A stretch of DNA of 64,000 bases, from NCBI GenBank assembly GCA_963729505.1, contig CAVSOA010000001.1, positions 14,342-78,341 on the forward strand, read 5' to 3'. The position numbers were made by a program, and so were the translations under genes. Each line of letters begins with the position of its first letter. Position 1 is the first letter of the stretch. This DNA comes from an uncultured Solirubrobacterales bacterium (GTDB lineage Bacteria > Actinomycetota > Thermoleophilia > Solirubrobacterales > 70-9). Below the pieces are notes generated by a model. That model worked only from the letters and a program-made list of their open reading frames with translations. It was not told the DNA's origin and searched no databases. This document shows positions 26,481-36,679 of this stretch, piece by piece.

Positions 26481-27105
26481 CTATTGTGGCGCGTTCGGCA
26501 GCGACTCCCAGAGGTAGATGCAGGCGAGCGAGCGCTGGGGGCGCCACGGCTCGGCGATCCGGGTCAGCTCGTCGGGCTCCGGGAGCTCGTCGAGGCCGTA
26601 GTGGATCTGAACGGCCTTGCGGATCCCCAGGTCTCCGGTGGGCAGTACATCGGGGCGCTCCAGGAAGAACATCAGGAACATCTGCGCGCTCCACTCGCCG
26701 AAGCCGCGCACGGCCACGATCTCCTCGATTACCTCCTCGTCGGAGAGCTGGTCGAGGCGCTCGAGCTCGCAGGCTCCCGTCCTGGATGTGCTCGGCGAGG
26801 CTGCGCATGTACTCCACCTTGCGCCCGGACAGGCCGCAGCCGCGCAGGTCCTCCTCGGGGGTCGCGAGGAGCTCTTCGGGCGCGGGTGCGCGCCGCCGTA
26901 GAGCTCGAGGACGCGCCCGTGGATCGTGAACGCCGCCTTGGCCGAGAGCTGCTGGCCGATCACCGTCCGCAGCAGCGTGCCGTAGGCGTCGCCCTGCGGG
27001 CGCCCGCGCCGGCGGCGCTCGAGCGTCATCTCGCCGGTCTCGGCCATGACGCGCGCCATCACCGGGTCGGAGGCGGCGAGCTCGGCGTGCGCGCCCCGGC
27101 GGCAC
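26481..27105 (-). pseudogene. DNA-3-methyladenine glycosylase II / HhH-GPD family (AlkA-like; frame-disrupted)
   Basis: ORF 26481-27503 C-terminal part: LAASDPVMARVMAETG, GTLLRTVIGQQLSAKAAFTIHGRV, VRGFGEWSAQMFLMFFLERPDVLPTGDLGIRKAV, AEPWRPQRSLACIYLW. The middle piece is in ORF 26182-27105. The start codon is unclear. Confidence 0.7.
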
Positions 27106-27106
27106 G

Positions 27107-27901
27107 CTACTCGCCCCGCCAGCGGGGCTCGCGCTTCTCGGCGAAGGCGCGGATGCCCTCCCTGAAGTCCTCCGAGGTGAAGCAGGATCGCCGCAGCTCG
27201 ACCAACTCGCGCTCCTGCTCCGGCGTTAGCACCGGGTTGCGCGCGAGCGTCTCGATCGCGCGCTTGTTGCCGCGCGTGGCGAGCGGGGCGTTGCGCGCGA
27301 TCGCCGCCGCCAGCTCGACGCCCGCGTCGCTCGATCTCGGATGTGGCCACCACGCGGTTGACGAGCCCGATCGCCTCGGCGTGAGATGCATCGAGGTTGC
27401 GCCCGACCAGGAAGAGCTCCTTCGTGCGGGCGATCCCGATCACGTCGATGAACCGCTGCAGCCCCGTGTGGCCGTAGATCAGCCCGAGCTTGGCCGGTGG
27501 CATGCCCAGCTTCGGCGCCCTCGGCGCAGATCCGCAGGTCGCAGCGGACCGCGAGCTCGAGCCCGCCGCCCAGGGCGTGGACCGTTGATCGCGGCCACCA
27601 CCGGCAACGGATGGGCGCTGATCGCCTCCATCGCCGCGTGGAAGGGGTGCGCGACGAGCGCCTCGGCCTCCTCCGAGAAGCCCGAGTCGGAGATGCCACC
27701 GATGTCGTACCCGGCGGAGAAGATCGAGCCCTCGCCCGTGATCAGGACGCAGCGGGTCTCGATGCCCTCGTCGAGGGGCGGCAGGGCCTCGGCGAGCGCG
27801 TCGAGGATGGCGTGATCGAGCGCGTTGCGCTTGTCCGGGTTCGAGATGGTGAGCCGGGCGACCGCGTCGGCCGGCCGGTCGAGCTTCAGCTCTCCGGGCA
27901 C
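27107..27901 (-). pseudogene. Enoyl-CoA hydratase/isomerase (crotonase) family (frame-disrupted)
   Basis: Pieces lie in ORFs 27479-27901 (ARLTISNPDKRNALDHAILDAL..VLITGEGSIFSAGYDI..PLPVVAAING), 26481-27503 (PPAKLGLIYGHTGLQRFIDVIG) and 27107-27391 (EDFREGIRAFAEKREPRWRGE*). Confidence 0.8.
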
Positions 27902-27908
27902 GGCGCTC

Positions 27909-28130
27909 CTACGACTCGTCGAGCACGACGAGGACGTCCCCCTCCTGGACGGACTGGCCCTCCTCGCACTTGATCTCGGCGACCTTGCCGTCGTCCTCGA
28001 CCTCGACCGGCATCTCCATCTTCATCGACTCGAGGATGACCACGGTGTCGCCGTCGGAGACCTCGTCGCCGACCGCGACCTCGATCTTCCAGACGGTGCC
28101 TGTGATGTGGGCTTCGACGTTGATGGCCAT
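27909..28130 (-). CDS. Stand-alone biotinyl/lipoyl carrier domain protein (73 aa)
   Basis: MAINVEAHITGTVWKIEVAVGDEVSDGDTVVILESMKMEMPVEVEDDGKVAEIKCEEGQSVQEGDVLVVLDES, with the canonical (E)SMKM biotinylation motif. ATG 28130 lies inside ORF 27909-28376. Confidence 0.8.
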   Translation of the reverse strand: MAINVEAHITGTVWKIEVAVGDEVSDGDTVVILESMKMEMPVEVEDDGKVAEIKCEEGQSVQEGDVLVVLDES

Positions 28131-28153
28131 GTGGCGCGGCACAATAACCCCCC

Positions 28154-28865
28154 TTGCCGTCGTCAGCGCCAGCAACGCAGGACCTGATCGTGCTGGTCGC
28201 GGCCCGCAACGAGGCCGACCGGATCGGGCCACGCTCGCGGCGCTCGGCGAGGCGTTCCCCGGAGCGCACATCATCGTCGCCGACGACGCCTCGCAGGACG
28301 CGACCTCGGACGTCGCGCTCGCACACGGCGCGGAGGTCGTCTCGCGAGGCCGCCCGCACGGCAAGGGGGCCAACATGACCGCGGCGGCGGCGACCGTGAT
28401 CGAGCGCGCGCTCGGGCCCCGGATCGCCCGTGTTCCTGCTGTGCGACGGCGACCTCGGCGAGTCGGCCGGCGAAGCTGCGGCCGCTGGTCGACGCGGTCG
28501 AGGCCGGCGAGTGCGATCTCGCGATCGCCGTCTTCCGCGACCGCGTCGGGCGGCGGGTTCGGCTTCGCGCTGCGCTACGCGCGGAACGCGATCCGGCGGC
28601 TCTCGCGGGTACGGGGCGCTGGCGCCCGATCTCGGGCCAGCGCGCGCTGAGCCCGGCGGCAATGCGGGCGGCCTACCCGTTCGCCGCCGGCTACGGGATG
28701 GAGATCGGGATCACCGTGGACGTCGTGCGTGCGGGCCTGGAGGTGCGCGAGATCGAGCTGGACCTCTCCCACCGCGCGACCGGCCGGACCCTCGGCGGGT
28801 TCCTCCACCGCGCACGCCAGCTTCGCGACTTCCGCCGAGTCGTGCGCGCGAAGCGGGCGGGATAG
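28154..28865 (+). pseudogene. Family-2 glycosyltransferase (frame-disrupted)
   Basis: Pieces lie in ORFs 28154-28378 (LIVLVAARNEADRIG), 27970-28650 (AHIIVADDASQDATSDVALAHGAEVV..GKGANM..GGGFGFALRYA), 28430-.. (VFLLCDGDLGESAG) and 28662-28865 (FAAGYGMEIGITVDVVRAGLEVREIELDLSHR). Confidence 0.6.
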
Positions 28866-28874
28866 CCTCCGCGC

Positions 28875-30345
28875 GTGATCCTCGCCATCGACCAGGGGAC
28901 GACCGGCACGACCTGCCTCGTCTTCGACCGCTCGGGTGGGATCGCCGGCCGCGCCTACAGCGAGTTCGAGCAGCACTTTCCGCGGCCGGGTTGGGTCGAG
29001 CACGACGCCAACGAGATCTGGGACGTCACCCGGAGGGTCGCCTCGGAGGCGATCGCCAACGCGGGCATCTCCGGGCGAGACCTCGCCGGGATCGGCATCA
29101 CCAACCAGCGCGAGACCGTCGTCGCATGGGACCCGGCCACGGGCGAGCCCGTCCACAACGCGCTCGTGTGGCAGGACCGGCGCACCGCCGGTCGCTGCGA
29201 CGAGCTGCGCGAGGCGGGTCACACCGAGCTGGTCCGCGAGCGCACCGGCTTGGTGATCGATCCCTACTTCTCCGGGACGAAGATCGAGTGGCTGCGCCGC
29301 AACGTGGACGCCGCGCAGGACGCCGTCTTCGGGACGATCGACTCCTGGCTGGTCTTCAAGCTCACCGGCCGCCACGTCACCGACGTCTCGAACGCGTCGC
29401 GAACGATGCTGTTCGACATCCGCGAGCTGCGCTGGGACCCCGAGCTGTGCGCGCTGCTCGACATCCCGGAGGCGTCGCTGCCCGAGCCCGTCCGCTCCTC
29501 GCAGGTCTACGGCCGCACGGACGTCTTCGGCGGCGACGTGCCGGTCGCGGGGATCGCGGGCGATCAGCAGGCGGCGCTGTTCGGCCAGGCCTGCCATCGG
29601 CCGGGAATGGCGAAGAACACGTACGGCACGGGCAGCTTCGTGCTGCTCAACACGGGCGCCGAGGCGCCCGAGCCGGGCGATGGGCTGCTGACGACGGTCG
29701 CGTGGGGGCTCGAGGCGGGGACCGACGTACGCGCTCGAGGCGGCGGTGTTCGTCACCGGGGCCGCGGTGCAATGGCTCCGCGACGGGCTCGGCATCATCG
29801 AGGGCGCAGCCGAGACGGAGGCTCTCGCCGCCTCGCTCGACTCGAACGACGACGTCTACTTCGTGCCGGCGCTAACCGGGCTGGGCTCGCCTCACTGGGA
29901 CCCGTACGCGCGGGGCACGATCGTCGGCATCACGCGCGGGACGGGCCGCGCCCAGCTGGCGCGCGCCGCGCTGGAGGCGATCGCCTACCAGACGGTCGAT
30001 GCCGTGCGGGCGCAGGAGGCCGCCGCGGGCGAGCGCCTCACCGAGCTGCGCGCCGACGGCGGCGCGGTCGCCAACGACTGGCTGATGCAGTTCCAGGCCG
30101 ACGTCCTCGGGGCGCCGGTGATCGTTCCGGAGATCAGCGAGACCACCGCGCTCGGCGCCGCCTACCTGGCCGGGATCGCGACGGGGATGTGGGATCAGGC
30201 CGAGGTGGGGGAGATGTGGCGCGAGGCGGCGCGCTACGAGCCGCGGATGTCCGACGACGAGCGCGAAGAGCTGGTCGGCCGCTGGGGCGAGGCGGTCGAG
30301 CGCTCGCGCGCCTGGAGCCGCGGGGACGCGCCCGAACCCGAGTAA
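28875..30345 (+). pseudogene. glpK: Glycerol kinase (one frame change near 29730)
   Basis: ORF 28875-.. reads [52 protein letters not shown]. It continues in ORF 29746-30345 with [53 protein letters not shown]. Confidence 0.95.
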
Positions 30346-30384
30346 CCGGCCTCGCCGGAACGGGTAGTCCTAGGTGGAGCCGGC

Positions 30385-31170
30385 ATGGCCGGCACCGTTG
30401 TCATGGCCGACATCAAGCCGCAGGTCTACAAGGATCCCCGCCCGCCGGAGTACTTCACGCCGTTCCACGAGTACGTCCGCACGCACCGGCCCGGCTGGAT
30501 CTACGAGATCGTCCGCCTGATCACCACCTGGATCTCGATCTTCCTCTACCGGGAGCGGGCGATCAACACTCAGAACGTGCCCGCCGACGGGCCCGCGATC
30601 GTCGCGCCGAACCACTTCTCGAACATGGACCACTTCTTCGCCGGCGCCTACCTGCGCCGGAAGATGCAGTTCATGGCGAAGTCGCAGCTCTTCGGGAACC
30701 CGATCCTCAACTACATCTTCCGAATCGGCGGCGTCTTCCCGGTCCGCCGCGGCCACCACGACGAGGAGGCGTTCAAGACCGCGCACGCGATCCTCGACCG
30801 CGGCAACTGCGTGCTCATGTACTGCGAGGGCGGGCGCTCGCGCACCGGCCAGCTCGGCGAGGCCAAGCCCGGCGTCGGCCGGATCGCGCTCGAGTCGGGG
30901 GTCCCGATCGTGCCCTGCGCGATCCACGGCTCGCTGGGCGTGCGCAAGTGGCGCAAGCTTCGCTTCCCGAAGGTCACCGTCCAGTACGGCGAGCCCATCA
31001 TCTTCGACGTCGTCTCCGACCCCTCGCGCGAGCAGCAGCTGGAGGCCGCGCAGCAGGTCTTCGAGTCGGTGAAGGAGATGTACGGTGCGCTCGAGGAGCA
31101 GGGCCGCAGCGGCGTCATCAAGTCGCTGAAGGGCGGTCCGATGTCCGTCCAGCGCTCCGGCGGCGTTTAG
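30385..31170 (+). CDS. plsC: 1-acyl-sn-glycerol-3-phosphate acyltransferase family
   Basis: Intact 261-aa ORF. Contains the HX4D motif ([11 protein letters not shown]), FPVRRG, and [10 protein letters not shown]. Confidence 0.75.
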   Translation: MAGTVVMADIKPQVYKDPRPPEYFTPFHEYVRTHRPGWIYEIVRLITTWISIFLYRERAINTQNVPADGPAIVAPNHFSNMDHFFAGAYLRRKMQFMAKSQLFGNPILNYIFRIGGVFPVRRGHHDEEAFKTAHAILDRGNCVLMYCEGGRSRTGQLGEAKPGVGRIALESGVPIVPCAIHGSLGVRKWRKLRFPKVTVQYGEPIIFDVVSDPSREQQLEAAQQVFESVKEMYGALEEQGRSGVIKSLKGGPMSVQRSGGV

Positions 31171-31189
31171 AACGCTTCTCAGCGGAAAG

Positions 31190-31600
31190 GTGGACCCCAT
31201 GTCCACCATCGCAGTCATCGCCATCGTCGCGGCCGCGATTGTCCTGGCGGTCTTCCTCTTCGTGGCCCTGCGCCGCTGGAGCGAGTCGCGTGCGGCCGTC
31301 AAGGAGCGCCGCGCCCAGGAGGCCGCCGGCCACCGCCAGCAGGCCGACGCCCACACCTCGAAGGCGCGTGAGCTCGGCAGCGAGCTCGATCACCACCGCG
31401 CGCAGGCCGAACAGCAGCACGTCGAGGCCGAGCGCCATCGCGCCGAGGCCGAGCGTCAGGCCGAGCTCGCCGAGGCTCACTCCAAGGCCGCCGCCGAGGC
31501 GGCCGATCGCGCCAACGACGTCGAGGAGCGCATTCCCCGCGAGGGACGCGGCGCCGCCTTCCACGACGAGCGCGCCACCGAGCTCGAGCAGAAGCTCTAG
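31190..31600 (+). CDS. Membrane-anchored Ala/Glu/His-rich coiled-coil protein, unknown function
   Basis: Intact ORF. N-terminal TM segment [23 protein letters not shown], followed by a charged helical region. The likely start is ATG 31199, after GGAAAGG. Confidence 0.5.
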   Translation: MDPMSTIAVIAIVAAAIVLAVFLFVALRRWSESRAAVKERRAQEAAGHRQQADAHTSKARELGSELDHHRAQAEQQHVEAERHRAEAERQAELAEAHSKAAAEAADRANDVEERIPREGRGAAFHDERATELEQKL

Positions 31601-32507
31601 CTACTCGTAGCGCGCTTTCAGGTTCTTCCAGAGCTCGGCGTCGTGGCTCGGGATGATCAGCGCGTCCGGGTACTGCTTGGCGAACAGGCTCATCTCCTGC
31701 AGCGAGCGGTTGTACGTGTGCGGGTCGAACGGCTTGGCCTGACCCGGCGCGGTCGTCGAGCTGGTTGAGCGTGTAGACGACGTCGCCCGCGATCACCAGG
31801 TCGCGGTCGCGCAGCCGGCAGATCACGGACATGTGGCCCGCCGAATGGCCAGGCGTGTAGGCCAGGCGGACGCTGCCGTCGCCGAATAGGTCGAAGGTGC
31901 GGCCGAAGGTCGAGTAGGACTGGATGTTCTCGGTGAACGAGATCGTCCGGTAGTCGAAGGCGTAGTCGTATTGGTGGGGGACGTAGCCGCGCAGCAGGGG
32001 GCGGTTCCCGCTCGTGGCGTCTTCCCATTCGGCGGCGCTCATGATGAACGCTGCTCCCGGGAAGTCCGCCATCCCGGACGCGTGGTCGAGGTGGAGGTGG
32101 GTCATCACGACCATTCGGATCTCGCTCGCCTCGACGCCCAGCCCCCGAAGCTGGGAGGCGAGGTCCTGCCCGGGCTCGAGGTAGGGCTTCGAGTACCAGG
32201 AGATGGTGCGGCCGAGGTTCTCGGCCGGGCGTGCGGCCACCGAGCCATGCAGGCCGGTGTCGACGAGGAAGGGGCCGGCCGTGGGATGGCGGATGAGGAA
32301 CGCCGTGCACGGCACGGTCCACCAGCGCGAGCGCGGGGTGAAGACGCCCATCGCCCGCAGGCTCTCGAACGGTCCACCGGTGCGCTGGAAGTAGGCGCCG
32401 GGCTGGGTGACCTCGCCGACGATCATCGGCTCGACGACGACCGTCGCGCCGTCCTTCCCGCGCGGCAGCGGCTTGTCCAGGGCTCTCGGCTCGATGTGGA
32501 CCTTCAT
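31601..32507 (-). pseudogene. MBL-fold metallo-hydrolase (AHL-lactonase-like; one frame change near 31750)
   Basis: ORF 31299-32612 from M36 reads MKVHIEP..CTAFLIRHPTAGPFLVDTG..VVMTHLHLDHASG (HxHxDH)..YTPGHSAGHMS. After the frame change the tail reads ..[18 protein letters not shown] and ends at TAG 31601-31603. Confidence 0.8.
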
Positions 32508-32572
32508 GAGGCGGCCCAGCGTAGCGGCGGGCCTGGCGCCGCTACGCGTAAGGGGCGGGGGCGAATGAGGCC

Positions 32573-33448
32573 TTGCCGGAGGTAGGCTGCCGTGCCGTGC
32601 CAGAGGGTTCACGCATCTTCAGGGAGGGCTTGCTCGAGGGTCAGGTGTGCGTGGTCTCGGGCGCTGGAACCGGGCTCGGGAAGGAGACCGCGCTCGAACT
32701 CGGGCGCCTCGGCGCCGCCGTCGCGATCTGCGGTCGCCGGCCCGAACCGCTGCAGGAGACGGTGTCGGCGATCGAGGCGGCGGGCGGAACCGCTTCGGCA
32801 GGAGCCCTCGACATCCGCGACGAGGACGCGGTGGACCGGTTCATGGACGAGGTGATCGAGCGGCACGGGCGTATCGACACGCTCGTCAACAACGCCGGCG
32901 GGCAGTTCCTGAGCCCGGCGGAGGCGATCACCCCGAAGGGCTTTCGCACCGTCATCGAGCTGAACGTGGTCGGGACCTGGCTGATGACGCACGCGGCGGC
33001 GACGAAGGCGTTCATGCCCCAGGGCGGCGGCAAGGTCCTGAGCGTCACCCTCTCGCCGCACAACGGCATGCCCGGCATGGTCCACTCGGGCGCCGGCCGG
33101 GCGGCGGTCGAGAACATGATGCGGACGCTGTCCGTGGAGTGGGCCCGCTTCGGCATCCGGCTCACCGCGCTCGCCGCCGGCCAGTTCGGCACCGAGACGA
33201 TGCGGACCAAGTATCCGAAGGAGGTGGTGGAGAGGGTGCCGCGGACCGTCCCGCTCCAGCGCCTCGGGACCGAGGAGGAATGGGCCTGGCTGGTCGCCTA
33301 CCTCGCCTCGCCGGCCGGCGACTTCTACTCGGGCGGCGTGATCACGATGGACGGCGCCCGCGACAACTGGTTCGGCTCGTGGCCCCCGGGCGCCGTGGCG
33401 GGCGAGGCCGGCGAGCCTCCAGCGGAGGAACGGCGCCCCAAGGACTAG
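32573..33448 (+). CDS. Short-chain dehydrogenase/reductase (trans-2-enoyl-CoA / dienoyl-CoA reductase-like)
   Basis: Intact ORF. Motifs: VVSGAGTGLGKETA, LVNNAGGQF, and C-terminal GGVITMDGA. An alternative in-frame start is GTG 32597. Confidence 0.8.
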   Translation: MPEVGCRAVPEGSRIFREGLLEGQVCVVSGAGTGLGKETALELGRLGAAVAICGRRPEPLQETVSAIEAAGGTASAGALDIRDEDAVDRFMDEVIERHGRIDTLVNNAGGQFLSPAEAITPKGFRTVIELNVVGTWLMTHAAATKAFMPQGGGKVLSVTLSPHNGMPGMVHSGAGRAAVENMMRTLSVEWARFGIRLTALAAGQFGTETMRTKYPKEVVERVPRTVPLQRLGTEEEWAWLVAYLASPAGDFYSGGVITMDGARDNWFGSWPPGAVAGEAGEPPAEERRPKD

Positions 33449-33450
33449 TC

Positions 33451-34281
33451 CTACGTGGTCATGCCCCCGAACTGTCCGCCCGTGACGTTCAGGACCTGGC
33501 CGTGAACGTAGTTCGAGAGGTCGGAGCAGAGGAAGAGGACCGGCTTGGCGGCCTCCTCGGGCTGCGCGGGGCGGCCGAGCGGGATGATCATCGACGCCAT
33601 CGCCCGCATCTGCTCAGGGATCCCGAGATCGACCTCTTCCCCGTCGGGCATCTCGATCTTCTCGCCCTTCTCCTTGGCCTGGGTGAGGCGCGTCTCGATG
33701 AAGCCGAACGCGACCGCGTTGCAGTTGATCTTGAACTGGCCCCACTCCTTGGCGAGCGTCTTCGTGAAGCCGACCACGCCGGCCTTCGCGGCCGAGTAGT
33801 TGACCTGCCCGGCATTGCCCATCGTGCCCGAGATCGAGGAGACGTTCACGATCTTGCGGAAGACCTCCTTGCCCTCGCCGGCCTCGGCCTTGGCGGCGTC
33901 GCGCCAGCTCGGCGCGATCGCGCGCGTCACGCGGAAGGGGACGATCGTGTGGATGTCGAGCATGGCCTGGAACTGCTCGTCGGTCATGCGGTGGACGACG
34001 CCGTCCCAGGTGTAGCCGGCGTTGTTGACCACGATGTCGACGCTGCCGAACTCGTCGAGCGCCTTCTTGACCATGTCGTCGGGCACGTCGGGCTTGGTCA
34101 GGTCGCCCGAGAAGACAGCGGTCTCGCCGTCGATCTCGGAGGCCGCCTGCTCGGCGATGTCTCCGTCGATGTCGTTGATCAGAACCCGAGCGCCCTCGCT
34201 CACGAAGAGCTCTGCTGTGGCGCGGCCGATTCCCCGAGCGGATCCGGTGACGATCGCGCTCTTGCCGTCAAGTAGTCCCAT
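33451..34281 (-). CDS. Short-chain dehydrogenase/reductase (3-oxoacyl reductase/FabG-like)
   Basis: Intact 276-aa ORF. Motifs: IVTGSARGIGRA, VVNNAGY, NVSSISG, YSAAKAG. Confidence 0.9.
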   Translation of the reverse strand: MGLLDGKSAIVTGSARGIGRATAELFVSEGARVLINDIDGDIAEQAASEIDGETAVFSGDLTKPDVPDDMVKKALDEFGSVDIVVNNAGYTWDGVVHRMTDEQFQAMLDIHTIVPFRVTRAIAPSWRDAAKAEAGEGKEVFRKIVNVSSISGTMGNAGQVNYSAAKAGVVGFTKTLAKEWGQFKINCNAVAFGFIETRLTQAKEKGEKIEMPDGEEVDLGIPEQMRAMASMIIPLGRPAQPEEAAKPVLFLCSDLSNYVHGQVLNVTGGQFGGMTT

Positions 34282-34444
34282 GTTGAAGTCTGTCCTCCTA
34301 AGGGGTCGAAAAGCGGTGCAGAACCGTAGACGAAATACCGAACACGCGTCCGGTAAGTGAACGGTTGTGGTGTTTGCGACTTGAGGGTGAGGGGTATCGA
34401 CCCTCGGTCAGTTCAACCAAGCGATTGATCGGGGGATCATTCTC

Positions 34445-35263
34445 ATGAGACGGACCCTTCGGGGGGCGCTTGCTGCTGCTGCGGCAATCGCCGTCCTCGC
34501 GCCATCCCAGGCGCTCGCGGACCACAACGCGAATCCAATCCATCCGGGCGTGCAGACGGTCACCGCAGGCGGTCAGTGCACGTCCAACTTCGTCTTCCAG
34601 GACGGGAACGGCACCTACCTCGGGCAGGCCGCTCATTGCGCCGGCACCGGCGCGGCGACTGAGACCGACGGATGCGACAGCGGCTCGCAGCCGCTCGGAA
34701 CACCCGTCGAAGTCACCGGAGCCACGAGGCCTGGAACCATGGTCTACAGCTCCTGGCTCGCGATGCAGGCCGCCGGGGAGACGGATGCGGATACCTGCGC
34801 CTACAACGACCTCGCCCTGGTGAAGATCGACCCGGCGGACGTTCCCAACGTCAACCCCACCGTTCCCGGATTCGGCGGGCCGACGGGCGTCGGGCCCTCC
34901 AGCGCGATGCTCGGGGACACGGTCTACACCTACGGCAACTCGTCGCTGCGCGGGGGCGTGGCCCAGCTTCGCCCGAAGCAGGGCGTCGTCGTCCAAAGCG
35001 AGGGCAACGGCTGGAGCCGCACCGTCTACACGGTGACCCCGGGCATCCCGGGCGACTCGGGTAGCGGTTTCCTCAGCGGATCCGGTGAGGCGATCGGCGT
35101 GCTGTCGACGCTGCAGGTCCTGCCGGTGGCCGGCTCGAACGGCGTCGGCGACCTCGCGAAGGAGCTGGCATACGCTCGCTCCCACGGGTTCGGCGGGCTC
35201 GAGCTCGTCGAGGGCACCCGGCCGTTCCGGCCGAACCTCGTCCAGGCCATCCAGGGCGACTGA
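34445..35263 (+). CDS. Secreted trypsin-fold (S1) serine protease
   Basis: Intact ORF. Signal peptide ALAAAAAIAVLAPSQALA. His in GQAAHCAG, Asp in YNDLALV, Ser in IPGDSGSGF. Confidence 0.7.
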   Translation: MRRTLRGALAAAAAIAVLAPSQALADHNANPIHPGVQTVTAGGQCTSNFVFQDGNGTYLGQAAHCAGTGAATETDGCDSGSQPLGTPVEVTGATRPGTMVYSSWLAMQAAGETDADTCAYNDLALVKIDPADVPNVNPTVPGFGGPTGVGPSSAMLGDTVYTYGNSSLRGGVAQLRPKQGVVVQSEGNGWSRTVYTVTPGIPGDSGSGFLSGSGEAIGVLSTLQVLPVAGSNGVGDLAKELAYARSHGFGGLELVEGTRPFRPNLVQAIQGD

Positions 35264-35337
35264 CCCGAATATCCGCGTACGCGGCTGGCGCCCCCGCGCA
35301 CACGCCTATTCAGGTCAGCCGCCCCTGGGCGACTGAG

Positions 35338-36402
35338 CTAGAGCAGGCCCATCCGTGCCGCCTGGGCTGCGGCTGCCGCACGTGACGGCAGTCGCAGCTT
35401 GGTGCGGATGTTGGCCACGTGACGGTGAACGGTATGCGGGCTCAGGACCAGCCGCTCCGCGATCTCTGGGTCGCTGAGCCCCTCTGCGACGAGCCGGAGC
35501 ACCTCGAGCTCGCGCGCTGAAAGCTCGGCCTCCGGTTCCTCGCCGGACGGCTCCGCGACCGGCTCGGGCTCGGGCAGTAGCGAGTCCTCCACACCCAGGA
35601 AGGCGAGAGTCCGTCGCAGCACCTCGGTGCTGTCGCCGCGCCACGGGAAGTGGTCGCTTCCGCTGAGCGGGATGAACGCTGCGTCTGGGATCGCGGCGGC
35701 CAGCTGGTGTCCGAGCTCGAACGGCAGGGCGCGATCCTCGCGGCGATGCATCACGAGCGTTGGGGTCTGGACCGCCCCGAGGCGGTCGCGCACGTCCAGC
35801 GCGTAGACGGTCGCGAGCGCCGCGACGGCCGAGCTCGCCGGGGCAGCTTCGCGCTGGAAACGGGCGAATTCCTCGCGCTCCTCCGCGGACGCGCCGGGCA
35901 AGAACACATCCGAGAGGACACGCGACCCGAGCCCCCAGTGGGCCTCGACGATCGAGATCATCGAGTCGCGGGCGCTCTGCTCAGCGATCTCCGAGCCGTC
36001 GGCGTAGCTGCCGTAGAGCACCATCCGCCTCACCCGCGCGGGGTTGGCGGCGGCGAACGCTGCGGAGACCGTGCCGCCCGAGGAGGCTCCGAACAGCTCG
36101 ACCGGTTCCTCGCTCGCAGCCTCGGCGATTGCCCCCAGCAGGTCCAGCTCCTCTTCGAGGTCGCCCGCTACGGGGTCCTCGGCGGCGGACAACCCAGTTC
36201 CGGGGCGGTCGTAGCGGATCACCGTCCGGTGCTCGGCAAGGGCCTCGACGAACGCACGGAAAGTGGGGTCCTCCCAGTTGAGCTCCAGGTGGCTCACCCA
36301 CCAACCGCCCATCACGAGGGGCGGGCCCTCGCCGACGCTGGACCAGGCGACCCGCCGCGGGCCGATCTGGGCGAAGCGGATCGTCTGCTCGCCCGAGGCC
36401 AT
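35338..36402 (-). CDS. Alpha/beta-hydrolase domain fused to a C-terminal LuxR-type HTH domain
   Basis: Intact ORF 35338-36531. The probable start is M44 (ATG 36402). Hydrolase part: PPLVMGGWWVSHLE..RTVIRYDRPGTGLS..ELFGASSGG. C-terminus: LSARELEVLRLVAEGLSDPEIAERLVLSPHTVHRHVANIRTKL. Confidence 0.8.
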   Translation of the reverse strand: MASGEQTIRFAQIGPRRVAWSSVGEGPPLVMGGWWVSHLELNWEDPTFRAFVEALAEHRTVIRYDRPGTGLSAAEDPVAGDLEEELDLLGAIAEAASEEPVELFGASSGGTVSAAFAAANPARVRRMVLYGSYADGSEIAEQSARDSMISIVEAHWGLGSRVLSDVFLPGASAEEREEFARFQREAAPASSAVAALATVYALDVRDRLGAVQTPTLVMHRREDRALPFELGHQLAAAIPDAAFIPLSGSDHFPWRGDSTEVLRRTLAFLGVEDSLLPEPEPVAEPSGEEPEAELSARELEVLRLVAEGLSDPEIAERLVLSPHTVHRHVANIRTKLRLPSRAAAAAQAARMGLL

Positions 36403-36679
36403 TGGCGCAGCGTACTCGCACCTCGACGGCTCGATCCGTGCCTGGATGGCCGGATCGGGCCATCGCAAGATGACCGGTTCAGGCGAAGTCGAGCCGCCCG
36501 CCAAAGGGTGAAATGGGCGTGTCAACTTCAACCGAGAGGCACAACCATGAACACGTCATCCCACCACGTCGTCATCAGCGCCCCGGCCCAGCCGGGCTTC
36601 GCCCCCCGTCCCCGCCGCGAGCACAACGGGCTCTCCTGGTGGCAGCGGCTCCGCGCCGCCCTCGCATCCTGAGGCTCGC

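Noticed and set aside
28875-31610. A 911-aa ORF that looks like a giant fusion starting with glycerol kinase.
   Set aside because: Only the first ~285 codons are GlpK-like. After the frame change near 29730 the real GlpK continues in ORF 29746-30345. The rest of the long ORF is out-of-frame read-through across plsC and the next gene.
36547-36672. A 41-aa ORF (MNTSSHHVVISAPAQPGF...) after a GAGAGG-like site between the LuxR-fusion gene and the acyl-CoA dehydrogenase gene.
   Set aside because: It is short, has no recognisable features, and lies in a frame that is open anyway because of GC content. There is not enough evidence to call it.
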